The notes below the pieces were generated by a model. It did not search any database. It was not told the origin of the DNA and saw only the letters and a program-made list of their open reading frames with translations. Below are positions 15,832 through 23,598 of a DNA stretch of 27,405 nt, one piece after another. Each line of letters begins with the position of its first letter. The stretch's first letter is position 1. This DNA comes from a virus (taxonomy: Duplodnaviria; Caudoviricetes), in the IMG/VR virus record IMGVR_UViG_3300028585_000058, positions 1-27,405 of that record. One strand, 5' to 3'. Position numbers and translations under genes: made by a program.

Positions 15832-16510
15832 TTACTCCCCACTGCGTGGCCTGGCTGCCGGTGCGCCGAGCGTGCACTTGAAGTCGTCGACAGTTATCCA
15901 GCTGCTGGACGAGCTGGACCGCCTGCGCGCCGGCGGCGCCGCGCCGACCAAGCTGAAGCGCAACGACTACCCGGCGGACTTTGAGGCCGCCTGGGAAGCA
16001 TACCCGGACCGGCCCGGCGACAGCAAGAAGGCCGCGCACAAGGCCTGGGCCGCCCGGCTCAAGGACGGCGCGACTGTGGCGGAAATGCTGGCCGGCGCCC
16101 AGGCATACGCCGCCTACGTCAAGGCGATGAAGATCGAGCCGGTGTTTATCAAGCAGGCGGCGACGTTCTTCGGGCCGGGCGAGCACTTCGCGGCCGACTG
16201 GACCGCGCCGGCCAGCCAGCCCAAGCTCGCCGCCGGCGGCGCCTGGTGGGCGTCGGATGCCTCGATCCTGGCTAAAGGCGCCGAGCTGGGCCTGGCACCG
16301 CGTTCGGGCGAGTACATGGGGCAGTTCAAGGCCCGCATCGAGGTCGCCATGGATCCTGCACTCGCGCCCCCGGCCGCCGTCTCGCCGATTCGGCCGGTGG
16401 CCACGCCGCCCGTGCCCGCCCAGCCGGAGCAGCGCGCGCGCAAGCCTGACGGCATCGGCTCACTGAAAGACCTGGTGCGCCGCGAGCCGCCGCCGGCGAG
16501 GGCCGCGTGA
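15824..16510 (+). CDS. Protein resembling the C-terminal domain of phage replication initiators, with a short atypical N-terminus
   Basis: YPADFEAAWEAYP.R....K.AA.KAW...Y.....FIKQAATFFGP..HF...W motif starts at about residue 48. No room for an N-terminal winged-helix domain. Confidence 0.7.
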   Translation: MRDYSPLRGLAAGAPSVHLKSSTVIQLLDELDRLRAGGAAPTKLKRNDYPADFEAAWEAYPDRPGDSKKAAHKAWAARLKDGATVAEMLAGAQAYAAYVKAMKIEPVFIKQAATFFGPGEHFAADWTAPASQPKLAAGGAWWASDASILAKGAELGLAPRSGEYMGQFKARIEVAMDPALAPPAAVSPIRPVATPPVPAQPEQRARKPDGIGSLKDLVRREPPPARAA

Positions 16511-16737
16511 GCAACAAAACCTGCGCGCTATGCGGCCACTTCAAGGTGAAGGAATACCCGGAGCACGCGAAGGTCGGGATCGGGCGCTGCGCCAGCCGCG
16601 CTGGCGCCCGGGCCGACCAGATCGCTCCGTTCTTGCCATGGAAGACGCCGGCATGCGAGCGCTTCGTGCCGGCGCCGAACGTGGCTGAGCGGCTGGCATG
16701 GGTCGAGAAGAAGCAACCGAAAAACGAGAAGGGATGA
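16507..16737 (+). CDS. Small cysteine-containing hypothetical protein
   Basis: CALCGHF...C...C pattern, GTGA coupling. Confidence 0.65.
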   Translation: MSNKTCALCGHFKVKEYPEHAKVGIGRCASRAGARADQIAPFLPWKTPACERFVPAPNVAERLAWVEKKQPKNEKG

Positions 16738-16738
16738 T

Positions 16739-17080
16739 ATGCGACAGCAGGAACTGGATGCAAACCGTCGCCTGGCCGAGGCGCTGGGCTGGACAGGGAT
16801 TTTTAACGTGGGCGGCGCGCTGCTCGGCACGCCGCCGACGGGCGCACCGCAGTGCCGCAACCAAGCGCGCGTGCCGGACTGGACCGGCAGATGGGAGGAT
16901 TGCGGGTCGCTGATGGCCGAGCACGTGCTCGCGTTCCAAGTACACGACAGCTGCGCGGTTATCACGGCGCTGCCAGACTTCAACATGGTGCGCGCCCGAT
17001 CGGAAGGGGAGGGGGACGACAGGCTGCTGCGACACGCCATTGTCGACGCCGTAACCGCCAAGCTGCTGGTGCAGCGATGA
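16739..17080 (+). CDS. Hypothetical phage protein
   Basis: 113 aa, tightly packed in the operon, ATGA overlap downstream. Confidence 0.65.
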   Translation: MRQQELDANRRLAEALGWTGIFNVGGALLGTPPTGAPQCRNQARVPDWTGRWEDCGSLMAEHVLAFQVHDSCAVITALPDFNMVRARSEGEGDDRLLRHAIVDAVTAKLLVQR

Positions 17081-17427
17081 CCCGCCAGCGCGCGCTCCAG
17101 GCGCTGGGCCGGCTCAAGACCGGCACGATGAACAAGACCGAAGCCGCGTACGCCGCCACGCTCGACCAGCGGCGCTACGCAGGCGAGGTGGCGTGGTTCA
17201 AGTTCGAGGGCGTGAAGTTGCGGCTGGCCGACAACACCTTCTACACCCCAGACTTCGCCGTCATGCTAGCCGACGGCGCGCTGGAGATGCACGAGGTGAA
17301 GGGGTTTTGGCAGGACGATGCACGCGCGAAGATTAAGATTGCCGCCGACCTGTATCCAATACGATTCATTGCAGTGCAGGTCAAGGCAAAAAAAGATGGC
17401 GGCGGATGGAGATTCGAGGACTTCTAA
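17077..17427 (+). CDS. DUF1064-like PD-(D/E)XK nuclease/resolvase
   Basis: MNKTEAAY...YTPDF...HEVKGFW motif. Start trimmed to ATG 17077. Confidence 0.82.
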   Translation: MTRQRALQALGRLKTGTMNKTEAAYAATLDQRRYAGEVAWFKFEGVKLRLADNTFYTPDFAVMLADGALEMHEVKGFWQDDARAKIKIAADLYPIRFIAVQVKAKKDGGGWRFEDF

Positions 17428-17444
17428 TAGTCGACTGTAGGTTG

Positions 17445-18335
17445 CTAACCTGCGTCCTTCAACCTTTCCAAATGGACTTTAAGTGAATATGTAATCAAAT
17501 GTGCGCTGCTTAATAGGTCCCTGCAATAGTTTTCCATTACGTCGTGATATATAGGGATGCGTGATTCGCTATCAATTTCCTGCTCTAAGAGAGTAATAAT
17601 ATTATCGTAAGGAGGAATAAGGCCAAACAAGCTGTTTATTTCGTATCTTAGCTCGGCAACTTTATCTTCACTTGGCCTGATAGATGCATTTATTATCTTT
17701 TCTGAAAAGGCTTCGCGATTTCCAACTGTTCCGCCCGTATGCACGATGTGGTGCCGCGTTTGAGTAATCAGAGCAATACGAAAGCGGAGATCATACCCAC
17801 ATTTGTTATTGCGCTCTGCCTCTTCAAATTCCGGCAAATATTTCCTAAAATTCGCCAAGATTTTTTCTGGGGTTATGCGATTTGCAGAATTTTTAACAAT
17901 TGATAAATACCATTCTAGAGTTCTTCCTTTTAAATCTTCTAGCCTATTGTTGCCGTAATGCGAAAGCGGCCAGAAGTTCGGGTCTAAAAAAGCTGCCGTG
18001 GCATATATCAGCTCTAAGAAATCTTCGTATTCTTCATAAGCTTCCGCTAGAAGCCACTGGTATTGTTTGTTCTGGTGAAGTTGAAGGCTCTGAATTTCCT
18101 TTTCCACGTCTTTCTTAATTGCTCCGTAGAATATTTTATTCCCTGTCAGCGGGTCGCCGTAGAAAAAGTTCATTCCGCTAATGAAAGAATCTTTCGGTAG
18201 TGGGTTATCCGGGTCGTTTAAGAGTTGGTGAAGATGGCGGTTTCGAGCGCTTGCTAAATTCTTAGCATCGTTCTTATAGGAAAGGATCAAAATCAGGCGT
18301 TCATACAACTTTTTTAATGGCTCTAGGGTATGCAT
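17445..18335 (-). CDS. AT-rich moron protein with a HEPN-like RxxxxH motif; candidate defence RNase
   Basis: 296 aa, helical. LAEAYEEYEDFL upstream and TRHHIVHTGG downstream. Opposite strand and markedly AT-rich. Confidence 0.65.
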   Translation of the reverse strand: MHTLEPLKKLYERLILILSYKNDAKNLASARNRHLHQLLNDPDNPLPKDSFISGMNFFYGDPLTGNKIFYGAIKKDVEKEIQSLQLHQNKQYQWLLAEAYEEYEDFLELIYATAAFLDPNFWPLSHYGNNRLEDLKGRTLEWYLSIVKNSANRITPEKILANFRKYLPEFEEAERNNKCGYDLRFRIALITQTRHHIVHTGGTVGNREAFSEKIINASIRPSEDKVAELRYEINSLFGLIPPYDNIITLLEQEIDSESRIPIYHDVMENYCRDLLSSAHLITYSLKVHLERLKDAG

Positions 18336-18492
18336 GTTGAACCGATCGCAGGTATTTGAGTTGTGTCATCATGGCTTGGTGCACTTCTAAGAATCATATA
18401 CTACCCCTCACGATTGCTAATTGGAAAATCTCGGGCACGCGCAGGAAGTTATTGCCGCTGGTAATCTACTGTGCATTGCCACGGAGAAAACC

Positions 18493-19035
18493 ATGTTCGC
18501 TGACCGATACCTGCACGCGCTGAGCACTTCCAACCTGAAGGACGACGCCCAGCACCACCAGACCGAGGCGCTGGCCGCTGCCGCGCTTGCTGACCTGTCT
18601 GGCGGATCGGGTGAGCTGTTCGGCAGCATGCTACTTCGCGCGAAGATCAATGGCGTGCCGCGCCAAGCCATCGAGAGTGCGGCGCAGGAGCTGGGCGTGC
18701 TGCTGCGCGTCTGGACTGGCGAGGTGGCGCGCAAGGGCTTCGAGCGCAAGTGGATGAACATCAAGGCCGAGTGGGACATCAAGGCCGCCTACGCGATGTA
18801 TGCAAAGATTGCGCGTGTCAGCTTGGCGCACTGGCTGGGCGGTGAATGCGAGTGTTGCCATGGCACGAAGATCGTCGAGAGTCGCGCGTGCACGCATTGC
18901 GGCGGCACTGGCCGCGAGCCGGTGCAGGGTGGCGCCATTGAGCGGGAGAAGGTGCTCGACATGGTCAGCGAGCTGGAAGGCCTGTACCAGGCGCACAGTG
19001 CACGTGCCGCCGCGAAGATGCGGAAAGCAGCATGA
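18493..19035 (+). CDS. Q-like late antiterminator with a zinc finger
   Basis: CECCHGT...CTHCGGTG zinc motif. Sits at the end of the early operon before a late promoter and terminator. GGAG RBS. Confidence 0.65.
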   Translation: MFADRYLHALSTSNLKDDAQHHQTEALAAAALADLSGGSGELFGSMLLRAKINGVPRQAIESAAQELGVLLRVWTGEVARKGFERKWMNIKAEWDIKAAYAMYAKIARVSLAHWLGGECECCHGTKIVESRACTHCGGTGREPVQGGAIEREKVLDMVSELEGLYQAHSARAAAKMRKAA

Positions 19036-19424
19036 GGCGCGTGGTCCTGGTTGGCGAGGGCGCATCAGCGGAGTCACTGCGGCGACTGCTCGCCGATGCA
19101 GGCGCTGAGGTGACTCTCTGCGCACCTCGAGATGAAATTTTGGGCCGCGACTGTTCGATGATCGTCGTGGATGAGCTGCACGCGAAGATCGATGCAGCAA
19201 TGCGGAACGCGGCCTTGACGGAGCGAGTGCCTGCCGGACTTCTCCCGTCGCTCACGTCGACTGCCCTGCGATCGGCGCGCGAACTTGTAGTGGTGGGACT
19301 GCCGCAGGCGCGTCCCGATGCGCGCACCTATCTCAAGCGGAAAAAGGGGCGCAGCGGCACTGGCGCTGGCCGTTGTGCGAGCACGCCATACAACGGACTT
19401 GCAAAGCGAAAATTCCGGGCGTAA
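19032..19424 (+). CDS. Hypothetical protein
   Basis: ATGA overlap with the Q-like gene. The C-terminal part overlaps the late promoter. Confidence 0.5.
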   Translation: MRRVVLVGEGASAESLRRLLADAGAEVTLCAPRDEILGRDCSMIVVDELHAKIDAAMRNAALTERVPAGLLPSLTSTALRSARELVVVGLPQARPDARTYLKRKKGRSGTGAGRCASTPYNGLAKRKFRA

Positions 19425-19427
19425 ACT
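19399..19427 (+). promoter_or_regulatory. pR'-like late promoter
   Basis: TTGCAA (19399-19404), 17 bp, TAAACT (19422-19427). Confidence 0.6.
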
Positions 19428-19557
19428 ACGGTCTTCACATATCCCTCGATCCACGTAATGCGCGCTTCGGCGCCAACGTCACCCGAGGCAGTCGAGCAGT
19501 CCAGCCAGCAGTAAAGCCGGCGCTCGCCCTGAAAATGTGTAGCAGTTCCATCAGATG

Positions 19558-19586
19558 GCCCGCCACTTCGGCGGGCTTTGTCGTTT
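19558..19586 (+). terminator. tR'-like terminator
   Basis: GCCCGCC-ACTTC-GGCGGGC followed by TTTGTCGTTT, about 130-150 nt after the late promoter. Confidence 0.7.
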
Positions 19587-19745
19587 ACCGCCCACTTGTG
19601 CAGATAGCCTTGGGGCTGGTCGCCTGACTCCTGTCAACGAGTCACCACACTGCTGCCTCTTGCTTCTAGGGCATAGCCCGCGAGGTCGACGTGTGCGGCT
19701 GGTAGGTGGCAGCAGTGTGGTAAGGCCGACGCGCAGCGTTCGGCA

Positions 19746-20066
19746 TCAGAAATCGAGCTGCTCGAACGTGATGCCCAGCGCGGCCGCGATCTTCTCGATA
19801 CTGGAGCGGCGCAGCGAATCGCTGGCCTCTTGCTTCGCGTAGGACGACTGGGCGATGCCGAGGCGCTCGGCCACCTCGGACTGGGTTAGCCGCAAGTATT
19901 CGCGCCATGCGCGCACCGGCGTGGCGCCATCAACCGTGGCGCTCACGACCTCATGCGGGATGGTGCCTTCGGAACGGGACTTCCGATACTCCTCGTAGGG
20001 GATGACGACAAAGGCCGGTTTCCCGTCCGGCCCGTTGATGATCTGGATATTAGTAGGTGCGTTCAT
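19746..20066 (-). CDS. HigA-like XRE-HTH antitoxin
   Basis: N-terminal IQII..PDGKPAFVVIPYEEY, then VRAWREYLRLTQSEVAERLGIAQSSYAKQE HTH. Downstream of and overlapping the toxin gene. Confidence 0.85.
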   Translation of the reverse strand: MNAPTNIQIINGPDGKPAFVVIPYEEYRKSRSEGTIPHEVVSATVDGATPVRAWREYLRLTQSEVAERLGIAQSSYAKQEASDSLRRSSIEKIAAALGITFEQLDF

Positions 20067-20304
20067 CTCGTTTGCTCACTTCGTTGATTTCGACAATCTT
20101 GATCTGACCGTCCCAATCGAACAACACCCTGTAGTTGCCAACCCTGAGTCTGTAGCCGCTTGAGTGGTTCGTCAGCGCCTTGACGTTCTGGCTGTTTGGC
20201 ATCGCTGCCAGCTTCTCCACCGCATCGCGGATCGGGGCTTGCGCCTGCTTGTCCAGTTTGCGGAGTTGCTTGGCTGCTTTCGGGGTCCAGTTGATCGAGT
20301 TCAT
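20050..20304 (-). CDS. RelE/ParE-superfamily (HigB-type) toxin
   Basis: I.WTPKAAKQLRKL...YRLRVGNYRVLF, 84 aa, toxin-first gene order. Confidence 0.9.
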   Translation of the reverse strand: MNSINWTPKAAKQLRKLDKQAQAPIRDAVEKLAAMPNSQNVKALTNHSSGYRLRVGNYRVLFDWDGQIKIVEINEVSKRDERTY

Positions 20305-20311
20305 GGATAGT

Positions 20312-20351
20312 ATTATAGCCTAAATATAGCTTATGTAAAGTGAAAGCTATA
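20312..20351 (-). promoter_or_regulatory. TA operon promoter with inverted-repeat operator
   Basis: Minus strand TTTACA (20339-20334), 16 bp, TATAAT (20317-20312). Inverted repeat TATAGCTT (20325-20332)/AAGCTATA (20344-20351) flanks the -35. Confidence 0.75.
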
Positions 20352-20393
20352 ACGATTCCCCGCGTCTCCAGCCCCGGCTAACCCCGGGACTTC

Positions 20394-20431
20394 GCCGCCT
20401 GTCGCAGCAATGCGCCGGCGGCTTTTTTATT
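20394..20431 (+). terminator. Terminator-like hairpin
   Basis: GCCGCC...GGCGGC stem followed by TTTTTTATT. Confidence 0.6.
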
Positions 20432-20527
20432 CAAGAGGTGCGCGATGCGCATGACCGTCGAAGACGAGTTGGCTTGGCTGCGATACACGGTCGAGCGCCA
20501 TCGGGCCGCCAGCGAACAGGCATCAGC

Positions 20528-20788
20528 ATGAATAACATTGCACGCATCTACCGCGCCGAGATCCTGCGCGCTGCCTTCGGGCCTGGTGCTGGGCCAGCGC
20601 AAGCAGTTGACTTGAACCGCCTCAACCAGATTGCCGAGCGTCTCGCCGAGTGCGAAGAAGTGCACGGCATCCTGCGGGCCAAGGGTCACGGCCGGTCGGG
20701 GACGACCATCGTCGACAGCGCGCGCCAGGTGCCGCCCAATGTCCGCGAGGTTGTCCGCGCTCTGTTTGCGCCAGCGAGGGCTGGCTGA
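20528..20788 (+). CDS. Hypothetical protein
   Basis: MNNIARIYRAEILRAAFG...; coupled to a possible 28-aa ORF (20445-20531) upstream and to the next gene. Confidence 0.6.
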   Translation: MNNIARIYRAEILRAAFGPGAGPAQAVDLNRLNQIAERLAECEEVHGILRAKGHGRSGTTIVDSARQVPPNVREVVRALFAPARAG

Positions 20789-20949
20789 TGGCGACCCTAA
20801 CTGTGAAGCTGCGCACCCGCATCGCCTGGTGGGTTCGCCCTGCGCTGGCTGCCGTGGTCATTTGCGCTGCCATTTGCCCGTCTCGAGTTGAGAAGTTGAT
20901 CGATGCAATCGTTGATCGCGGCATTAAGTTCGACACACACGTTTCCTAA
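20788..20949 (+). CDS. Small hydrophobic hypothetical protein (53 aa)
   Basis: TGATG overlap at its start and TAATG at its end. MATLTVKLRTRIAWWVRPALAAVVICAAIC. Confidence 0.55.
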   Translation: MATLTVKLRTRIAWWVRPALAAVVICAAICPSRVEKLIDAIVDRGIKFDTHVS

Positions 20950-21269
20950 TGGTCTGGGGCACGAAATCGCGCCATGAGCGTGGCTACGACAGCGCTTGGG
21001 TAAAGGTGCGCAACGAAGTAATGAAGCGAGACGGCGGCCAGTGTCAACCCTGCAAGCGCGCCGGTCGCATGACTCTAGCGCATGCGGTCGACCACATCGT
21101 CAGCAAAGCGAAGGCCACGACTCTGCGCTGGACGCGCGCCAAGACTGACCATCCATCGAATTTGGAAGCCATCTGCAACTCCTGCCATGCGGTAAAGACT
21201 GAGGTCGAGCAGGGGAAGACGAAACGGAAGGCGAGGCAGGGCGTTGCGCCTGATGGTTGGCCGATTTGA
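20949..21269 (+). CDS. HNH endonuclease (HK97 gp74-like terminase cofactor)
   Basis: CQPC...VDHI...NLEAICNSCHAVKT, immediately upstream of terS. Confidence 0.9.
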   Translation: MVWGTKSRHERGYDSAWVKVRNEVMKRDGGQCQPCKRAGRMTLAHAVDHIVSKAKATTLRWTRAKTDHPSNLEAICNSCHAVKTEVEQGKTKRKARQGVAPDGWPI

Positions 21270-21432
21270 TGTGCCTACGGCAACGCCCCTCGGTTTTGAT
21301 GCTTCGCTACAACATTGCCTAAAAAATAGGCAGGGGGGGGTATCGAATCTCTGGAGCTTTCGTCCAAAGGGACCGGCTCCCCCCTCTTTGCGCAGAACCG
21401 CGAAATGAAACTTTTTTTCTGGGACCGAAATC
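21270..21432. other. Probable cos/packaging region
   Basis: Intergenic stretch between HNH and terS with a G8 run (21333-21340), a downstream C-run and a T-run, the usual position of cos in HK97-like phages. The exact cut site cannot be determined. Confidence 0.5.
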
Positions 21433-21906
21433 ATGGCCGGAAGGCGCCCGATACCCAGTGCGCTCAAGCTGGTCACGGGTAACCCGGGCAAGCGGCCACT
21501 GAACAAAAAGGAGCCAAAACCACGCACAAAAGCGCTGGTTTGCCCGCCGCACCTTGATGCGAAGGGCAAGGCGGTGTGGAAGAAGCTGTGCACGCTGCTG
21601 AGGCGAATGGGAGTAATGACCGAAGCGGACGGCCTGGCGCTCGAGCGATTGTGCGACTGCTACGCCGACATCTTGGCATGCCGCGACCTTATCGAGCGCG
21701 ATGGCCGCACGTACACGACCATTGACCAAAACTCCAACACCCTCATCAAGAACAACCCTGCGGTCAACCAGCTACGCGCGGCCGACGCGCAATTCAAAAG
21801 CTACCTGGTGGAATTCGGCCTGACGCCGGCCGCGCGGTCAAAAGTGAACGTGGACCTACCGGATGGCGACGAGAAAAAAGACCCGCTCGCCGGATACTTC
21901 GGCTGA
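21433..21906 (+). CDS. terS: Terminase small subunit (P27 family)
   Basis: GRRP.P..LK...GNPGKRPLN, NPAV and EFGLTPAARSK. Confidence 0.93.
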   Translation: MAGRRPIPSALKLVTGNPGKRPLNKKEPKPRTKALVCPPHLDAKGKAVWKKLCTLLRRMGVMTEADGLALERLCDCYADILACRDLIERDGRTYTTIDQNSNTLIKNNPAVNQLRAADAQFKSYLVEFGLTPAARSKVNVDLPDGDEKKDPLAGYFG

Positions 21907-23590
21907 CCCGGTTACCGAATATGCCCAGTCAGTTGTAGACGGCGTGCGCATCGCCGGACCACATGTACGCAATCAGTGCGCGCGGCACATGGCCGACATT
22001 GCGACCGGCGGCGCGCGCGGCTTGGTGTGGGACGTCGCTGAGGCGCTGAAGGCCATTGGGTTCTACCGCGACATCCTGAAGTTGAACGGCGGCGACTTCG
22101 AAGGTCGACCGTTCGAGTTGCTGCCGTGGCAAAAATTTGTCGTCGGCAGCATCTTCGGATGGAAGGGCGCCGACGGGTACCGGCGCTTCCGTGTCGTCTA
22201 CGTCGAGACGGCCAAGGGCAGTGGCAAGTCGCCGCTTGCCGCCGGAGTCGGCATGAAGGGCCTGGTTGCAGATGGCGAGCCTCGCGCCGAGATTTATTCG
22301 GCAGCGACGAAAAAAGATCAGGCGATGATCCTGTTCCGGGACGCGGTCGCGATGTACGACCAGTCGCCTGAGCTGGAGAAGCGGCTGACCAAGAGCGGCA
22401 CTGGCGAGAAGGCCTGGAATCTGGCGTTCCTGCAGACGGGGTCGTTCTTCCGGCCGATCAGCAGCGACGATGGCCAATCCGGCCCGCGGCCGCACGTCGC
22501 GCTTGTCGATGAATACCATGAACATAAGACGGCTACCGTCCTTGAGATGCTGCGGGCCGGCACAAAGAGCCGGCGCCAAGCGCTGATCTTCGTGATCACG
22601 AATGCAGGCGCGAGCCGCAAGTCGCCGTGCTGGAACTCACACGAATATGCCGCAAAAGTTGCATCTGGCGAGCTGATCGATGATGCGTTCTTCCCCTACG
22701 TCTGCGCGCTAGACGAGGGTGACGATCCGTTCGAAAGTGAAGAATGCTGGCCGAAGGCCAATCCAAGCCTTCAGGACGCGGACCTGCCCGGATACAAATA
22801 CATTCGGGAGCAGGTGACCGAAGCGAAGGGCATGCCGTCGAAAGAGGCTCTGGTCCGCCGGCTGAATTTCTGCCAGTGGACGGATGCTGAGTCGCCCTGG
22901 ATTAGCCACGAAGTCTGGAAGGGCGCCAAGCTCGATTACGACGTCGAATCGCTGCGTGGGCGCCGGGCCGTTGCTGCGCTCGACTTGTCGAGCACAACCG
23001 ACCTTACCGGTATGGTCTTTCTGGTGCAACCAGTAGAGCCGGGTGAGCCGTGGAAGCTAGTGCCGTACGCCTGGCTGCCCGATGCTGACCTCGCGCGACG
23101 CGCGCAGCAGGACATGGTTCCGTATGTCGACTGGAAGGCGGAGGGCCTGCTCGATACGACGCCGGGCCGTGCGATCAGCAAACGGATCATCTTGCAAAAG
23201 CTGTCGGCGATGTGCGACTTCTTCGATCTCACCCTATGCGGATATGACCGCTGGCGAATCGAAGACCTGCAGCAAATGGCGTCCGACGATGGCATCAGTC
23301 TGCCGCCGATGGAGGCGTTCGGGCAGGGCTACAAGGACATGAGTCCAGCCATTGAACAATTCGAAACGATGCTGCTCAACGGCGAGCTGGCGCACAACGG
23401 GCACAAGGTGCTGACGATGTGCGCCGGTAACGCAGTGACCGTCCAGGACGGAACGGGCAGCCGAAAGCTCGACAAGGAAAAGGCCACCGGGCGCATCGAC
23501 TTGATAGTTGCGGCCGTGATGGCTGCCGGGCTGATCAACCGTGTGGAATCCAAGAGCACCAAAATTACTCAGGGCTTCGTTGTCCTATAA
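21863..23590 (+). CDS. terL: Terminase large subunit
   Basis: LLPWQ Q-motif, Walker A AKGSGKS, Walker B LVDEYH, nuclease motifs LDLSSTTDLT and RIDLIVA. Confidence 0.96.
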   Translation: MATRKKTRSPDTSADPVTEYAQSVVDGVRIAGPHVRNQCARHMADIATGGARGLVWDVAEALKAIGFYRDILKLNGGDFEGRPFELLPWQKFVVGSIFGWKGADGYRRFRVVYVETAKGSGKSPLAAGVGMKGLVADGEPRAEIYSAATKKDQAMILFRDAVAMYDQSPELEKRLTKSGTGEKAWNLAFLQTGSFFRPISSDDGQSGPRPHVALVDEYHEHKTATVLEMLRAGTKSRRQALIFVITNAGASRKSPCWNSHEYAAKVASGELIDDAFFPYVCALDEGDDPFESEECWPKANPSLQDADLPGYKYIREQVTEAKGMPSKEALVRRLNFCQWTDAESPWISHEVWKGAKLDYDVESLRGRRAVAALDLSSTTDLTGMVFLVQPVEPGEPWKLVPYAWLPDADLARRAQQDMVPYVDWKAEGLLDTTPGRAISKRIILQKLSAMCDFFDLTLCGYDRWRIEDLQQMASDDGISLPPMEAFGQGYKDMSPAIEQFETMLLNGELAHNGHKVLTMCAGNAVTVQDGTGSRKLDKEKATGRIDLIVAAVMAAGLINRVESKSTKITQGFVVL

Positions 23591-23598
23591 GGAACCCT

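Noticed and set aside
19430-20950. No recognisable lysis cassette between Q and terminase
   Set aside because: Many HK97-like phages place lysis genes after the tail module, which lies outside this window.
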